DNA of 64,000 nucleotides from Chamaesiphon sp. (GCA_965246715.1 CBDFFH010000005.1:256001-320000); one strand, 5' to 3'. Positions 1 through 10,579 are shown, counted from the stretch's first letter. Translations and numbers: made by a program. The notes: a model not told the origin generated them from the letters alone.

Positions 1-106
1 TGTCGATAATGCCCTCATATCCATTACTAGCAGCCATTTGCAGGTGAAGAACAGAGCGAGAACACTACCTCGATCCATGCCTAGAGATCGGCATCAACTG
101 CTAGCG

Positions 107-616
107 TCAGCGATCGTTACCAGCGCGATCGCCATTTAACGCTCCTAATGCTTCGCCTAATGCCCACAGCGCACCGCCCAACAGCACAATGTCTTTAAGC
201 AAAAACTGTCCTGGAATTGCCGATAGGAGTGGAAAGGCTGGATCGGAAACACCAGGAGTAGTTAACATAAAACTTATGGTGATTAGGAATGTGATTACTG
301 CCATCGCGCTGCCGATCGCCGAAACCAGTGCTGACCAGGGACGAGTGGCGATCGAGATCGCTGCCGTCACCTCAATCACGCCAACCAGATTCGACACACC
401 TTGCAACCCCAAAATCGGCACCAGCCAGCTAAAAAACGGGCTGTTCTCCACAAAGGGCTGAATGCCGCGAGCTTCGGCACTAGTAAACTTCAGTAGCCCA
501 ATCCAAACCAAAATCAGTACGATACCGTAACGCACGAGAAAGAGTCCTGCTTTCTCAAACTTGTAAGCATTTGCCCTGGAGACAGGAAAGACTGGACGAG
601 TTCTGGGGGTAGTCAT
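107..616 (-). CDS. DUF417/YkgB family (RclC-like) inner membrane protein
   Basis: Motifs WIGLLKFT..EA.GI.PFV.NSP and FLLKD; about 4 hydrophobic helices. Confidence 0.85.
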   Translation of the reverse strand: MTTPRTRPVFPVSRANAYKFEKAGLFLVRYGIVLILVWIGLLKFTSAEARGIQPFVENSPFFSWLVPILGLQGVSNLVGVIEVTAAISIATRPWSALVSAIGSAMAVITFLITISFMLTTPGVSDPAFPLLSAIPGQFLLKDIVLLGGALWALGEALGALNGDRAGNDR

Positions 617-644
617 GATGAAATCTCCTGTTGGTGTTTGAGTG

Positions 645-2777
645 TTAGTTCGAGCGATCGCTGAGACATACGGTTAATTCACCGTGTTGGTGGATAACTT
701 CCCATTTGGTCTGTTCATCCTCACGCCAAAAGCGCAAGTCAACGGTTGCATCGCCCACGACTAAATTCGTGAGTTGCAGATCCGGCAACCAAGTTGGTAA
801 GACGGGTTGCACGTACAATCGGCGATTTGACGCATCAGCTTCCAGCCCCAATAAGCTGCTAATCAGCCAGAGGAGCGCACCTGCTGCCCACGCCTGGGGA
901 ATATTGGCATCACTATACGGAACTGGAAAATTCTCAGACTGCCATTCGATGCCGCCAAACAGTTCGGGCATCTGGTAGTTTTGAAACAGGCTGGCAGCCG
1001 CAAACAGCCCTTCCGCGATTCGATTGGCTTCTGCGTGGTAGCCAGATCGTTTCAGTCCAGCGGCAATGAAGGAGTTGTCGTGTGCCCAAACGCTGCCAGT
1101 GTGATAGCCGATCGGGTCGTAAGCCGGGTTTTGAGCAGACAGGGTCCGAATGCCCCAACCACACCATAAGTCGGGCTGGAATAGTCGCTCTACCAACCGT
1201 TGTGCTCGACCGGACGGCACGATCCCCGACCAGAGTAAGTGCCCAGGATTGGAGGTAATCGAGCGAATCTGCTGTTTCTGACTATCTAAACCCAAACAAT
1301 AGAAGCCTTCCTCCTCCATCCAGAAGCGATCGTTGAATCGTTGATACAGTTCGTCTGCTTTGTGACGCAACTCTTGGGCACGCTCAGGTTGACCTCGAAC
1401 GTCGTAGAGATCCGCCGCTCGTCGCCACGCATCGTATACCTGACCTTGAGTTTCGCAAAGCGCGATCGGGGCGTTGACGATGTTGCCATCCGCATCCCGA
1501 ATCGCATCCCCCGAATCTTTCCAGCCCTGATTTTGAATGCCGTCTTTAGAGCGACTGCAATACTCGACGAAGCCATCGCCATCAAAGTCGCCGTAGCGCT
1601 CGATCCAAGTTAATGCCTTTTCTAGAGCTGCATGGCAGCGATCTAATAGAATGCGATCGCCCGTCCAGCGATAGGCTTCGGATAGAGTGATAATCCACAA
1701 GATCGTGGTATCGATCGCGCCGTAGTATGGATTATTGGGAATCTGATGCAAGTGGGCGAGTTCCCCCTGGCGTAGTTCATGCAGAATTTTACCGGGTTGT
1801 GCATCTCGCCAATCGTCCTTGGACGTTGCCTGAAAGTCGGCTAACTTGAGCAACGTGCCTTGCGCTAAGTTGGGTACTACTGCCATCGTTTGCAAACTTG
1901 CGATCAGTGGGTCGCGTCCAAATACGGCAACAAACCAGGGAATGCCTGCCGCCGGAATCCAAGCTAGCTCGCCATCATCTACAGGAATTCGCAGTGCCGC
2001 TAGATCGACGAGGGCTTGCTGGTAGATTTGCTCAACCTCCCGATTGGATGACTGTAGATGAGTTGCCAATTTCAGGAAACTCGCCATCTCCTTGCCTGCG
2101 GGGGTGACATCGATCGCGGCATCGGTATGTTTCGGCATCAGTTCTTCTCCATCTACCAAGGCGATAAAGTTAATGCAAGTGTGCCACGTTTCACCAGGGT
2201 CGAGAGTAATATCAAAAATCAACCGACCGTTAGAGTAGCGGGGGGGTGAACTTTCTCCTTCTGGATGAATGCGAACCCCTCTGGTGAACGAGCCGTTACG
2301 ATAGATGTTGCTCAACGTGTTGTCGTTCCAAGTCGTTTCGATCCTACCCTCCGTCACAAGCTGTTGGGCTTTAACCCGGAAAACATCGACAAAATCAGAG
2401 CGAATCTCCAGCATCAACTGAAGATCAACGCGCTCTTGATGATGATTTGTAATGTCAATGTCTTCGTGCATCCCGCCAATGATATCGCGCCGCAGGCTCA
2501 CCAGCAGTTTTTTGGCAGGCACGGTTCCTTTCGCCGTCAACAGTTCTGGATTGGTGAACTCATAGCGGGCAACTCGATGCGTGATGCAGCTAGAGGTAAT
2601 TGGCGTGAGTGGTTGTCGAGCGAGCGAGATTTCGTAGTAGGAAATCAGTCGTGTGTCGCGTACAAACAAACCTTGAGCGCGCCGATCGTCGATCGACCCG
2701 TCGGCAGCCGTCAGTAGAAACGAACCGCCATCATTAATTGTAATTTGTCCAGTTACAACCGCAACTTTCGCAGACAT
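645..2777 (-). CDS. Glycogen debranching enzyme / amylo-alpha-1,6-glucosidase, copy 1
   Basis: AGIPWFVAVFGRD, QPGKILHE, NQGWKDS and YHTGSVW motifs; start moved to MSAKVAV by alignment with the paralog at 8211-10334. Confidence 0.88.
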   Translation of the reverse strand: MSAKVAVVTGQITINDGGSFLLTAADGSIDDRRAQGLFVRDTRLISYYEISLARQPLTPITSSCITHRVARYEFTNPELLTAKGTVPAKKLLVSLRRDIIGGMHEDIDITNHHQERVDLQLMLEIRSDFVDVFRVKAQQLVTEGRIETTWNDNTLSNIYRNGSFTRGVRIHPEGESSPPRYSNGRLIFDITLDPGETWHTCINFIALVDGEELMPKHTDAAIDVTPAGKEMASFLKLATHLQSSNREVEQIYQQALVDLAALRIPVDDGELAWIPAAGIPWFVAVFGRDPLIASLQTMAVVPNLAQGTLLKLADFQATSKDDWRDAQPGKILHELRQGELAHLHQIPNNPYYGAIDTTILWIITLSEAYRWTGDRILLDRCHAALEKALTWIERYGDFDGDGFVEYCSRSKDGIQNQGWKDSGDAIRDADGNIVNAPIALCETQGQVYDAWRRAADLYDVRGQPERAQELRHKADELYQRFNDRFWMEEEGFYCLGLDSQKQQIRSITSNPGHLLWSGIVPSGRAQRLVERLFQPDLWCGWGIRTLSAQNPAYDPIGYHTGSVWAHDNSFIAAGLKRSGYHAEANRIAEGLFAAASLFQNYQMPELFGGIEWQSENFPVPYSDANIPQAWAAGALLWLISSLLGLEADASNRRLYVQPVLPTWLPDLQLTNLVVGDATVDLRFWREDEQTKWEVIHQHGELTVCLSDRSN

Positions 2778-3066
2778 AGATTTTTCTCTCACTAAGGTTG
2801 CTGTCAATCTTACTTAAAGATTGCTATAAGCTATATATACCAGTCATTTTCAGACCCAGAATGCAGGTCTGTACAACAACTGGGCTAAATGCTATTTACA
2901 AGGTCAAAGAGCTATTGAGCATATCCTGTTTGCGTTCTAGCTTTCATGTTGCCCCCTGTGCAGTGGATTGTGACGATCGATCTGGCGTTCGCAGCCTGCA
3001 TGATGCCTCGGCGATCGCTAAATCATCCGCACTGCCTAAAATACATTACAAGCACTTGCACCAAAC

Positions 3067-3110
3067 AGTATGACAGTCAAATCTGAGATAATCCTGAGAA
3101 ACAGATAAGA
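3067..3110 (-). promoter_or_regulatory. 11-bp-periodic direct-repeat box plus -10 element
   Basis: Minus strand: TCTTAT-N5-TCTCAG-N5-TCTCAG-N10-CATACT. Confidence 0.65.
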
Positions 3111-3280
3111 TTTGGCGATCGATCGGACGATGTTTGTAGATCGAAGCTCGACAGCACCGGAGTGAGGAAGCAGCATTCGATTACCAAAAACTTTTACTCG
3201 ATCGGGCTGTAAAGTAGTCAGATGAAAGTGGGCCGCAAGTCATCATGTCTGTGCTCGGTTAATCTAATTGAGTCAAAGTG

Positions 3281-4039
3281 CTAACTATTAGCTTCAATGA
3301 CATTGACAGCAAAGCTCTTGTAAGCCTCGCCCATTTGCGTTGCTCTGGTGCCAGGAAAGACATGAAAATCGCCAACTTTGAGTGCTGCGAAGATGGCATC
3401 GGCAACTAAGATCGGCGGTTCGGCGATCGCACTCAGACCTGCGGCATCGCCCATATCGGTGGCGATCGGTCCAGGATGTATGCTCAAGACGATCGTGCCC
3501 TGTTCGCTCAGCGATTCGCGTAATGCTTGGGTAATAGAATATGCAGCCGCTTTTGAGGCAGCGTAGGTAGCATAGCTAGCTGACGATCTGAGTGATGCGA
3601 CAGAGTTGAGTTGGGCAAAGACACCGCCGCCATTTGCTTTCAGTACTGGGGCAAACGCTTGCGCCATGTGGATTAATCCATACACGTTGACGTTCATCTG
3701 AAATTCGAGCGCGGCGATCGCATCTTTATCCAGGGGATTACCTTCTTTAAAGACCCCCGCGTTATTGACAATTACCTGGACATCTGTGGCTATTCGAGCG
3801 GCAGCAGCGATCGATTGGGGATCGGCTAAATCGATCTGAATCGGCACGACTCGTTGGCTCAGGTGCTCTGAAAGAGAATCGGGATATTTTTCGACTAGTG
3901 GCGTGGCACTGTCCAAGTTACGCACGCCAGCATAGATCTTGGTAGCTCCGCGAGCGAGAAAGGATTCGACTAGTGCTTTGCCGATGCCCCGATTTGCGCC
4001 TGTAACTAAAATGATTTTGTCTTTGAGGTCGTAGTTCAT
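3281..4039 (-). CDS. SDR family oxidoreductase
   Basis: TGANRGIG, NNAG and YAASK motifs; AGGAG RBS before MNYDLK; carries an in-frame 24-nt insertion at 3854-3877. Confidence 0.9.
   Translation of the reverse strand: MNYDLKDKIILVTGANRGIGKALVESFLARGATKIYAGVRNLDSATPLVEKYPDSLSEHLSQRVVPIQIDLADPQSIAAAARIATDVQVIVNNAGVFKEGNPLDKDAIAALEFQMNVNVYGLIHMAQAFAPVLKANGGGVFAQLNSVASLRSSASYATYAASKAAAYSITQALRESLSEQGTIVLSIHPGPIATDMGDAAGLSAIAEPPILVADAIFAALKVGDFHVFPGTRATQMGEAYKSFAVNVIEANS
3854..3877 (+). mobile_element. 24-nt small dispersed repeat inserted at CG^ATCG
   Basis: CG|TTGGCTCAGGTGCTCTGAAAGAGA|ATCG; removal restores CGATCG and keeps the frame. Confidence 0.7.
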
Positions 4040-4162
4040 CTCAATTGCTCCTGTTGGGTTAATGTTGATACCGATCGTCACCGCAACCGCACGATAACCA
4101 GCTAATTTCATGCCAAGCTGCGACCAAATAGTCACAGGCGATCTTCGATAGCTCCAATTACT

Positions 4163-4206
4163 AGCGTGACCGCCAAAACTGAGAAAATCCTGAGAGCCAG
4201 ATGAAA
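4163..4206 (-). promoter_or_regulatory. 11-bp-periodic direct-repeat box plus -10 element
   Basis: Minus strand: TTTCAT-N5-TCTCAG-N5-TCTCAG-N10-CACGCT, upstream of the SDR. Confidence 0.65.
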
Positions 4207-4389
4207 TTTTGCGATCGATCGAGTGGCGATCGGACAAATTCACGAGCTTGCTGGCGATAATTTTGCGACACTCGATTGTTGTAAATTTACGATCGATCTT
4301 GAAATAATCTGTAGACTAAACTCATCACGATCGATCGACTGACAGCAGCTATTGAGGATAATTTCAGTGTATGGAAGAGTGCAGATTTC

Positions 4390-5232
4390 TCAGGACTTTG
4401 ATAGTTGTACCCGAACATTGCGAGCAGTCGAGCCATACCGACCTATGACTAATTCAAATTCAACCTGTACTCCTGCTGGCAACGTGCGGTACCCCTCCCC
4501 AGGAATCGCCGTGAAGTTAAAGAACACATCCTCACCACCACCATCTGGCGAGATCGTCCCACTCCCTGCTTTAAGATCGAACGATCGCACGACACCTTTT
4601 AGCACTGGCAATCTAGTCGCGCCCAAACTTGGCACACCTTCACTCCACGTTTGTTGCGGAATGCGAACTTGCTTTACCTCTGGCGTATCGTATGCCTCAT
4701 AGCGATAGTCAGTTCGCGTCGCCATCAGCGTCCGTAAATCTTGGCGTAATTCCTCGATCGACGGTCGCCCTACGAAAAACCACCCATTGTAGATTTTGTG
4801 AATGCTCAAGTCGGGATGCAACACGAAGGTATACGGTTGTGCGCGGTAAGCATACTCACCTTCGGTTTCATCTAAAATATTAATCTGCTTGATGACTTCG
4901 CGCCGTTCGTCGCATAAAAAGGGCCACTGTGCGCCCAACCCCGCGCGAAAGGCAGCTTGAACTAACGGCGGATCGACCCCAATCGTTGCCAGCTTGCCAT
5001 AATTGACAGTTAATTCGCTTTGGAACAGGACTAACTGTGGTAGTTGCTGCCGATCGCGTGGGCAAAAGAAGCCACGATAGAATACGAGAATCAACGGATA
5101 GCCATCAGTAAATCCCAGATACCGATCCATCAAGCTTGGTTGTGTCAATGTCGAGAGTTTTATCGGTTCATTGTCCTGATTTGGGAGTTCGAGATCGGGA
5201 AAGCGATCGCCTACATTCAGATTAGTTGTCAT
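4390..5232 (-). CDS. AhpC/TSA (redoxin) domain fused to a C-terminal cold-shock domain
   Basis: N-term VGDRFPDLELPNQD..LVFYRGFFCPRD; C-term GVVRSFD..GSGTISPDGGGEDVFFNFTAI..GYRTL..G.QVEFE..G..ARNV. Confidence 0.85.
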   Translation of the reverse strand: MTTNLNVGDRFPDLELPNQDNEPIKLSTLTQPSLMDRYLGFTDGYPLILVFYRGFFCPRDRQQLPQLVLFQSELTVNYGKLATIGVDPPLVQAAFRAGLGAQWPFLCDERREVIKQINILDETEGEYAYRAQPYTFVLHPDLSIHKIYNGWFFVGRPSIEELRQDLRTLMATRTDYRYEAYDTPEVKQVRIPQQTWSEGVPSLGATRLPVLKGVVRSFDLKAGSGTISPDGGGEDVFFNFTAIPGEGYRTLPAGVQVEFELVIGRYGSTARNVRVQLSKS

Positions 5233-5326
5233 AATTACTGCTTACATATTCGAGTAGGTTGGTGAGAAGTAGCTCACTTTAGAACAGCGGCGATCGAAAG
5301 TAAGCAGATCCCGATTGACGTGTCTT

Positions 5327-6673
5327 TCAAAATAACTGCCGTGCGAGCGTGGGTAATGATTCCGCAAAGGTGGGATGAATGTGCACCGAGCGTTCGAGGA
5401 CTTGCCAAGTGGCTCCAGCTTCCATCAGTGCCAGAAAGACATGTACTAATTCGGAAGTTTCATAGCCCACTAACGTTGCACCTAAAATCAGATTTGTCTG
5501 CGTGTCAACGACCATGCGGAAAAAGCCTAAATCTTGTCCCCACTCAATCCCTCGTGCGGTTTGGGCTACTTGCGTAGTGACTGCGCGAGCATTGATGCCT
5601 TGTTGCTGCGCCTGTTCGATCGTCATCCCGACACGACCGACTTGTGGCTCGGTGAAAACGGCATAGCCCAGCACCCGATCGTGACGATTCCGGTCGCCGC
5701 CTGCCAAAATCGCTTGCAAGCGGCGATAGTCTTCCCAAGAAACATGAGTAAAAGCAGGCTGTTTGGCGACATCTCCGATCGCATATACTCCCGCGCAGCT
5801 AGTCCCAAATCGATCGTCGATTTTCACATAGCCGCGATCGTCTAATTCAATCCCAGTCGCCGCACAATTCAATGCTGGAGTATTGGGCTTGCGTCCGGTG
5901 GCAATTAGCAGGGCTTCACCGTCGAGCGTCTTGCCATCATCAAGCGTGAGGGTAAATACGCCATTGGTATGTGCAACTCGATCGACTTTCGTGTTGAAAT
6001 GCAGTCCGATGCCATTGCGATCGAATGCCTCCGCCATCACGCTGCTGACATCAGCTTCTTCCTGAGCCAATAATCGATCGCCCCGCACGATTAATTCTGT
6101 CTTGCTGCCCAACTGTGCCATACCCTGACCTAATTCCATCGCGATATAGCCACCCCCAATGACGATTAGACGCGGCGGAAGCTGTTTTAGATCGAAGAAA
6201 TTACGGTTGGTCAGATAAGGCGTTCCCGCTAACCCAGGCAGATCGGGGATGCTGGAAGATGTGCCTGTGTTGATAACGACAATCGGTGCTTGCACAGTTA
6301 CCCCGCCGCCAGTTACCATCCGCTCTCCGACGAACGCGGCTTCAGTACAAACGACTTTCACCCCCGCACCTTCTAACCGCTTTTGTACACCCTGATTGAA
6401 CTGACTGCGAATGTCCTGTACCCGCTCCATCACTGCCGTAAAATCCATCTCTACCTGGGTGTGGATGCCAAGCTTATCGGCTTGGTGTGCGCGACCTGCG
6501 GCATGAGCGGCGGCGAGAAATGCTTTAGAAGGCGTGCAGCCATAGTTAACGCAACTGCCGCCTAAAGCATCGCGCTCGAATAAAACGACTTTTTGCCCAG
6601 CTTTAGCACAGTCAACTGCGAAGGGAACGCCGCCTTGACCGCTACCGATGACGATTACATCTACTGTTTCCAT
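5327..6673 (-). CDS. Pyridine nucleotide-disulfide oxidoreductase (RclA/MerA-like, no C-terminal CC)
   Basis: GSGQGG, GGSCVNYGCTPSK, GGGYIA, GD and HPTFAE motifs. Confidence 0.88.
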   Translation of the reverse strand: METVDVIVIGSGQGGVPFAVDCAKAGQKVVLFERDALGGSCVNYGCTPSKAFLAAAHAAGRAHQADKLGIHTQVEMDFTAVMERVQDIRSQFNQGVQKRLEGAGVKVVCTEAAFVGERMVTGGGVTVQAPIVVINTGTSSSIPDLPGLAGTPYLTNRNFFDLKQLPPRLIVIGGGYIAMELGQGMAQLGSKTELIVRGDRLLAQEEADVSSVMAEAFDRNGIGLHFNTKVDRVAHTNGVFTLTLDDGKTLDGEALLIATGRKPNTPALNCAATGIELDDRGYVKIDDRFGTSCAGVYAIGDVAKQPAFTHVSWEDYRRLQAILAGGDRNRHDRVLGYAVFTEPQVGRVGMTIEQAQQQGINARAVTTQVAQTARGIEWGQDLGFFRMVVDTQTNLILGATLVGYETSELVHVFLALMEAGATWQVLERSVHIHPTFAESLPTLARQLF

Positions 6674-6865
6674 AAATACCTGTTACCTGTGGTGAGGAGG
6701 ATGAGCTAGCTATTCTCTAGACTAACAAATGCTTTTTATGACCTTGGCAGCCTATTTCAGTCTGGATCTTTGCTGGAGAGAGTTCCAGCGAACTTCGATG
6801 TTAGCTCGTTAAAAACACAATTAAGACTTTTCAAATATCCGTTGAGAAGCTCAGAAATACCAAAT

Positions 6866-8149
6866 TCACACATCGATCGCGAGTGCAGTCTTCGGTCGAG
6901 CAATACAGATGAGCACCGAGCCTGGTTCGATCTCCGCAGTCGGCGGTTGGAGATATTCCACTTCGCCCTCAGTCAACTCACACATGCAAGTACCGCAAAT
7001 TCCTTGCCGACAACTGTAGGGCGGGTTGAGACCATTTGCTTCTGCCAATTCCAGAATACTGCCATCATCAGGCTGCCAGGTGACTGTTTGACCAGAACTG
7101 GCAAACGTAATTTCGGCAGGTTCGGCGGTTTGATCGCTCGATCCTGTTTCAGCAGCCCCAGCTTTACTTGAGGTAAACACTTCAAAGAAAATTCGGTGTT
7201 CGGCTACTCCCGCTTGTTTGAGTCCATCCCGCAACGATTGTAAAAATGGTGGTGAGCCACACAGGTAATACTCTGCTTCTTGCTTAACCAAGCGTTGCAA
7301 CAGAGCCGTATCGACATATCCGGTACTTTGATAGCGACCTCGATCCTCCGCTGTGGGGCGACTGTAGGCATAGTGAACCGTCAGATGGGGATTTTGCTCG
7401 TCGAGTTCCATCACCTCATGTCGAAATGCTTGATGATTGCCATCTCGCGCACCATGCACGAACCAAATGGTTCGATCGAGCTGGAGTTGAGTCGCCGCTT
7501 TTGCCATACTCATCATCGGCGTAATGCCCACGCCATTACTGACTAGCACTGCTGGCAAGGATTGCTGCACGTCCAAAATAAATTTACCGCTCGGTGGTTT
7601 AGCTGCAATGACCGTTCCTTCGATCGCGAGATCGTGCATGAAGTTAGATGCTAATCCTGCTGGTACATCCTGTCCTTCCGGCATCCGTTCCCGCTTAATC
7701 GACAAGCGATAACGGTCGCAAGGCTCGACATAATCTGACAAAGTATAGGTACGAATTACGGGTTTTGCCTGTCCGGGAATATCTAACTTGATGGTGAGAT
7801 ATTGACCAGGCTTGAAGTTTGGAATCTCCTTTTTATCTTCAGGCTGTAAATAAAAGGACGTAATCTCTTCGCTCTCCTTAACTTTGCTGGTCACGACAAA
7901 ATTGCGCCAATCTTTCCAACCACTCCGATCGTCAATGGTGCGATCCTGCTGGCTATTCGGTTTCGATTTCAGACCGAACACCGCGCCACCAGCCGCTCCC
8001 ACTAGTACAGCATACACAGCCGCACGATAAGCATCGGGGGCTTTATCTTTGGTCGATCCGAGTGCCAAGCCAAATGCTAATGTCAGCACCGATCCGACTG
8101 TTGCAGCTCCGGCTAGACTTCTAATTAATGGGTTATTATTTTTAAGCAT
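6866..8149 (-). CDS. Membrane-anchored FAD/NAD(P) reductase with C-terminal 2Fe-2S ferredoxin, copy 1
   Basis: RTYTLS, GVGITPM, YLCG and CRQGICGTC..C motifs; two N-terminal hydrophobic segments. Confidence 0.88.
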   Translation of the reverse strand: MLKNNNPLIRSLAGAATVGSVLTLAFGLALGSTKDKAPDAYRAAVYAVLVGAAGGAVFGLKSKPNSQQDRTIDDRSGWKDWRNFVVTSKVKESEEITSFYLQPEDKKEIPNFKPGQYLTIKLDIPGQAKPVIRTYTLSDYVEPCDRYRLSIKRERMPEGQDVPAGLASNFMHDLAIEGTVIAAKPPSGKFILDVQQSLPAVLVSNGVGITPMMSMAKAATQLQLDRTIWFVHGARDGNHQAFRHEVMELDEQNPHLTVHYAYSRPTAEDRGRYQSTGYVDTALLQRLVKQEAEYYLCGSPPFLQSLRDGLKQAGVAEHRIFFEVFTSSKAGAAETGSSDQTAEPAEITFASSGQTVTWQPDDGSILELAEANGLNPPYSCRQGICGTCMCELTEGEVEYLQPPTAEIEPGSVLICIARPKTALAIDV

Positions 8150-8210
8150 CGTCGCCTCCTAGAGCGCATAATGTAGTTTACGTATTGTGCGGAGCGGATC
8201 GAACATTACA

Positions 8211-10334
8211 TCAGTCTTCGTAAACATTCAACTTACCGTCGAGATGGGTGACTTCCCAGTAAGTGAGATCGTCCACTCGCCAGAACCGCAAATTAACTTT
8301 GGCAGCACCGACAACCAAGTGATTTAGGGTCAAATCGGGGAGCCACTCAGGTAAATTGGGCTGCACTCGCAACCGTTGATGCGGGGCATCTGCTTCGAGT
8401 CCGAGAATACTACGAATGAGGAAGAAAATCGACCCCGCCGCCCAAGCTTGGGGAATGTTGGCATCGGGATACGGTACGGGGAAGCTTTCAGGGGTGCGAT
8501 CGATCCCGGCAAATAGTTCGGGCATTCGTCCTGACTCAAAGTAACTCGCGGCGGCAAAGGTCGCTTCCGCAATCCGATTGGCTTCCTGGTGATAGCCGTA
8601 CCGCTTCAGTCCAGCAGCAATAATTGAATTATCATGCGGCCACACACTACCGAGTTGGTAACTAATCGGGTTGTAGGCTGGATTCTGAGCGGAGAGCGTG
8701 CGGATACCCCAGCCGCACCATAAGTCGGGCTGGAATAGCCGCTTTACCAGCCGCTGTGCTCGATCTGGTGGCACGATCCCCGACCAGAGTAAGTGCCCAG
8801 GATTGGATGTAATCGATCGAATCTGCTGTTTGTGGCTATCTAAACCCAAACAGTACAACCCCTCTTTTTCCATCCAAAAGCGATCGTTAAACCGTTGATA
8901 GAGATCTTTGGCTTTGCGATCTAGCTGCTTGGCGCGATCGTGTTCGCCCCAAATTTCATAGATTTGGGCAGCACATTTCCAGGCATCATAGACATAGCCC
9001 TGGACTTCGCACAGCGCGATCGGTGGATCGACTTGACTGCCATCGGCAGCCACGATTGAGTCGCCGGAATCCTTCCAGCCCTGATTTCGCAAGCCGTCTT
9101 TAGATCGGGTGATATACTCCACAAATCCATCGCCATCAAAATCGCCATCCCGCTCGATCCAGGCTAACGCCCGTTCGAGCGGCACGCGACAGGTATCTAG
9201 CAGCTTAAGATCGGCATTCCAACAGTAGGCTTCTGCCAGCGTAATAATCCAGAGAATCGTCGCTTCGATCGTCCCATAGTAGGGCGTATGCGGCACCTCG
9301 TGCAGTTGAGCGAGTTCGCCTTGACGGATCTCATGCAGGATTTTTCCAGGTTGAGCATCCCGCCAGTCATCCCGCTCGATCGCTTGTAACTGAGCTAACT
9401 TAACTAGGGTACCGTGACTAAATTCACAATTTACCGCCATCGTTTGGAGACTGGCAATAATCGAGTCCCGCCCAAATACTGCCACAAACCACGGAATTCC
9501 AGCGGCTGGCATCCAGCAAGTTTGGCCGTTGTCCTCCACTTCGATCCGCAGCGATCCCATATCCAGCAATGCTTGTTGGTAAGTTGCCATCACTTCCGCA
9601 TTCGAGGATTGTAATTGGGTTGCCGTATTGAGAAAATTGACCATCTCGCGTCCGGCTTTGGTTTCGGTCAGCGCAGTATCTTTGGTATGTCTGGGTTCGA
9701 GGACTTCGCCATCTACCAGCGCGGTAAAATTGATGCAGCTATGCCAGGTGTGACCTGGATCGAGAGCAATGTCAAAGAACAGCCGACCATTAGCATAACG
9801 CGGCAACATTTTGGGATCGGGTGCGACAATGATGCCTCTGTGAAACGTGCCGTGCTGGTAAGTGGTTGTGAGTGCGCCATTTTGCCAGACAGTTTCAATC
9901 TGACCGCGCGTAAGCAATCGCTTCCCCCTGACTTGAAAGATGTCTGCAAAGTCCGATCGAGTTGCCAGCATTAACTGAAATTCCACCCGATCGCCGTGAT
10001 GATTCGTGATGTCAATATCCTCGTGCATCCCACCGAGAATATCGCGGCGCACGGTGATGATTAGACTACCTTGGGGTAACGTTCCACTAATAGCCAGCAG
10101 TTCGGGATTAGTGAAGGTGTAGACCGCCACCCGATGGCTGACACTGCTCGATGCCAGCAGTTGGAGGGGTGAACGATCGATCGAGATTTCGTAGTAGGAA
10201 ATCAAGCGGGTATCGCGGACAAAGAAGCCTTGAGCGCGATCGTCATTAATCGAGCCATCGCGAGCGGTAACGAGAAAGGAAGACCCATCGCTAATGGCAA
10301 TCTGTTCGGCATTAACGGCAACTTTTGCAGGCAT
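8211..10334 (-). CDS. Glycogen debranching enzyme / amylo-alpha-1,6-glucosidase, copy 2
   Basis: Full-length paralog of 645-2777 with the same motifs. Confidence 0.88.
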   Translation of the reverse strand: MPAKVAVNAEQIAISDGSSFLVTARDGSINDDRAQGFFVRDTRLISYYEISIDRSPLQLLASSSVSHRVAVYTFTNPELLAISGTLPQGSLIITVRRDILGGMHEDIDITNHHGDRVEFQLMLATRSDFADIFQVRGKRLLTRGQIETVWQNGALTTTYQHGTFHRGIIVAPDPKMLPRYANGRLFFDIALDPGHTWHSCINFTALVDGEVLEPRHTKDTALTETKAGREMVNFLNTATQLQSSNAEVMATYQQALLDMGSLRIEVEDNGQTCWMPAAGIPWFVAVFGRDSIIASLQTMAVNCEFSHGTLVKLAQLQAIERDDWRDAQPGKILHEIRQGELAQLHEVPHTPYYGTIEATILWIITLAEAYCWNADLKLLDTCRVPLERALAWIERDGDFDGDGFVEYITRSKDGLRNQGWKDSGDSIVAADGSQVDPPIALCEVQGYVYDAWKCAAQIYEIWGEHDRAKQLDRKAKDLYQRFNDRFWMEKEGLYCLGLDSHKQQIRSITSNPGHLLWSGIVPPDRAQRLVKRLFQPDLWCGWGIRTLSAQNPAYNPISYQLGSVWPHDNSIIAAGLKRYGYHQEANRIAEATFAAASYFESGRMPELFAGIDRTPESFPVPYPDANIPQAWAAGSIFFLIRSILGLEADAPHQRLRVQPNLPEWLPDLTLNHLVVGAAKVNLRFWRVDDLTYWEVTHLDGKLNVYED

Positions 10335-10447
10335 GATTCACCTCTCAAATTTTTACTAATCCATTCTTAAAGATCGTTTTGCTGACGCTCCACACACATC
10401 CCACGTTGTTCCATCGCTCCAATCCGTTTTACTCGATCGTAATGAGT

Positions 10448-10491
10448 AAAATAACCATTAAACCTGAATCAGTCCTGAGTAGCACATAAAT
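10448..10491 (-). promoter_or_regulatory. 11-bp-periodic direct-repeat box plus -10 element
   Basis: Minus strand: ATTTAT-N5-ACTCAG-N5-ATTCAG-N10-TATTTT. Confidence 0.55.
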
Positions 10492-10579
10492 TATTGCTAC
10501 CAAATAAATGACAACATTAATTTTTGACGCGATCGCCGCATAAATTAATAGCAAGATCGATAGAATTGAAATGTAGACA

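Noticed and set aside
4040..4243. N-terminal extension of the SDR in the ORF track (similarly 41171-41293, 45742-45831, 18530-18562 and 60753-60847)
   Set aside because: These stretches cover promoter boxes, neighbouring genes or IS sequence; downstream starts fit family N-termini and RBS better.
5327..6673. Mercuric reductase merA
   Set aside because: No C-terminal Cys-Cys, no N-terminal HMA domain and no mer operon genes nearby.
6866..8149. Flavohemoglobin hmp
   Set aside because: No globin domain; has a C-terminal 2Fe-2S domain instead.
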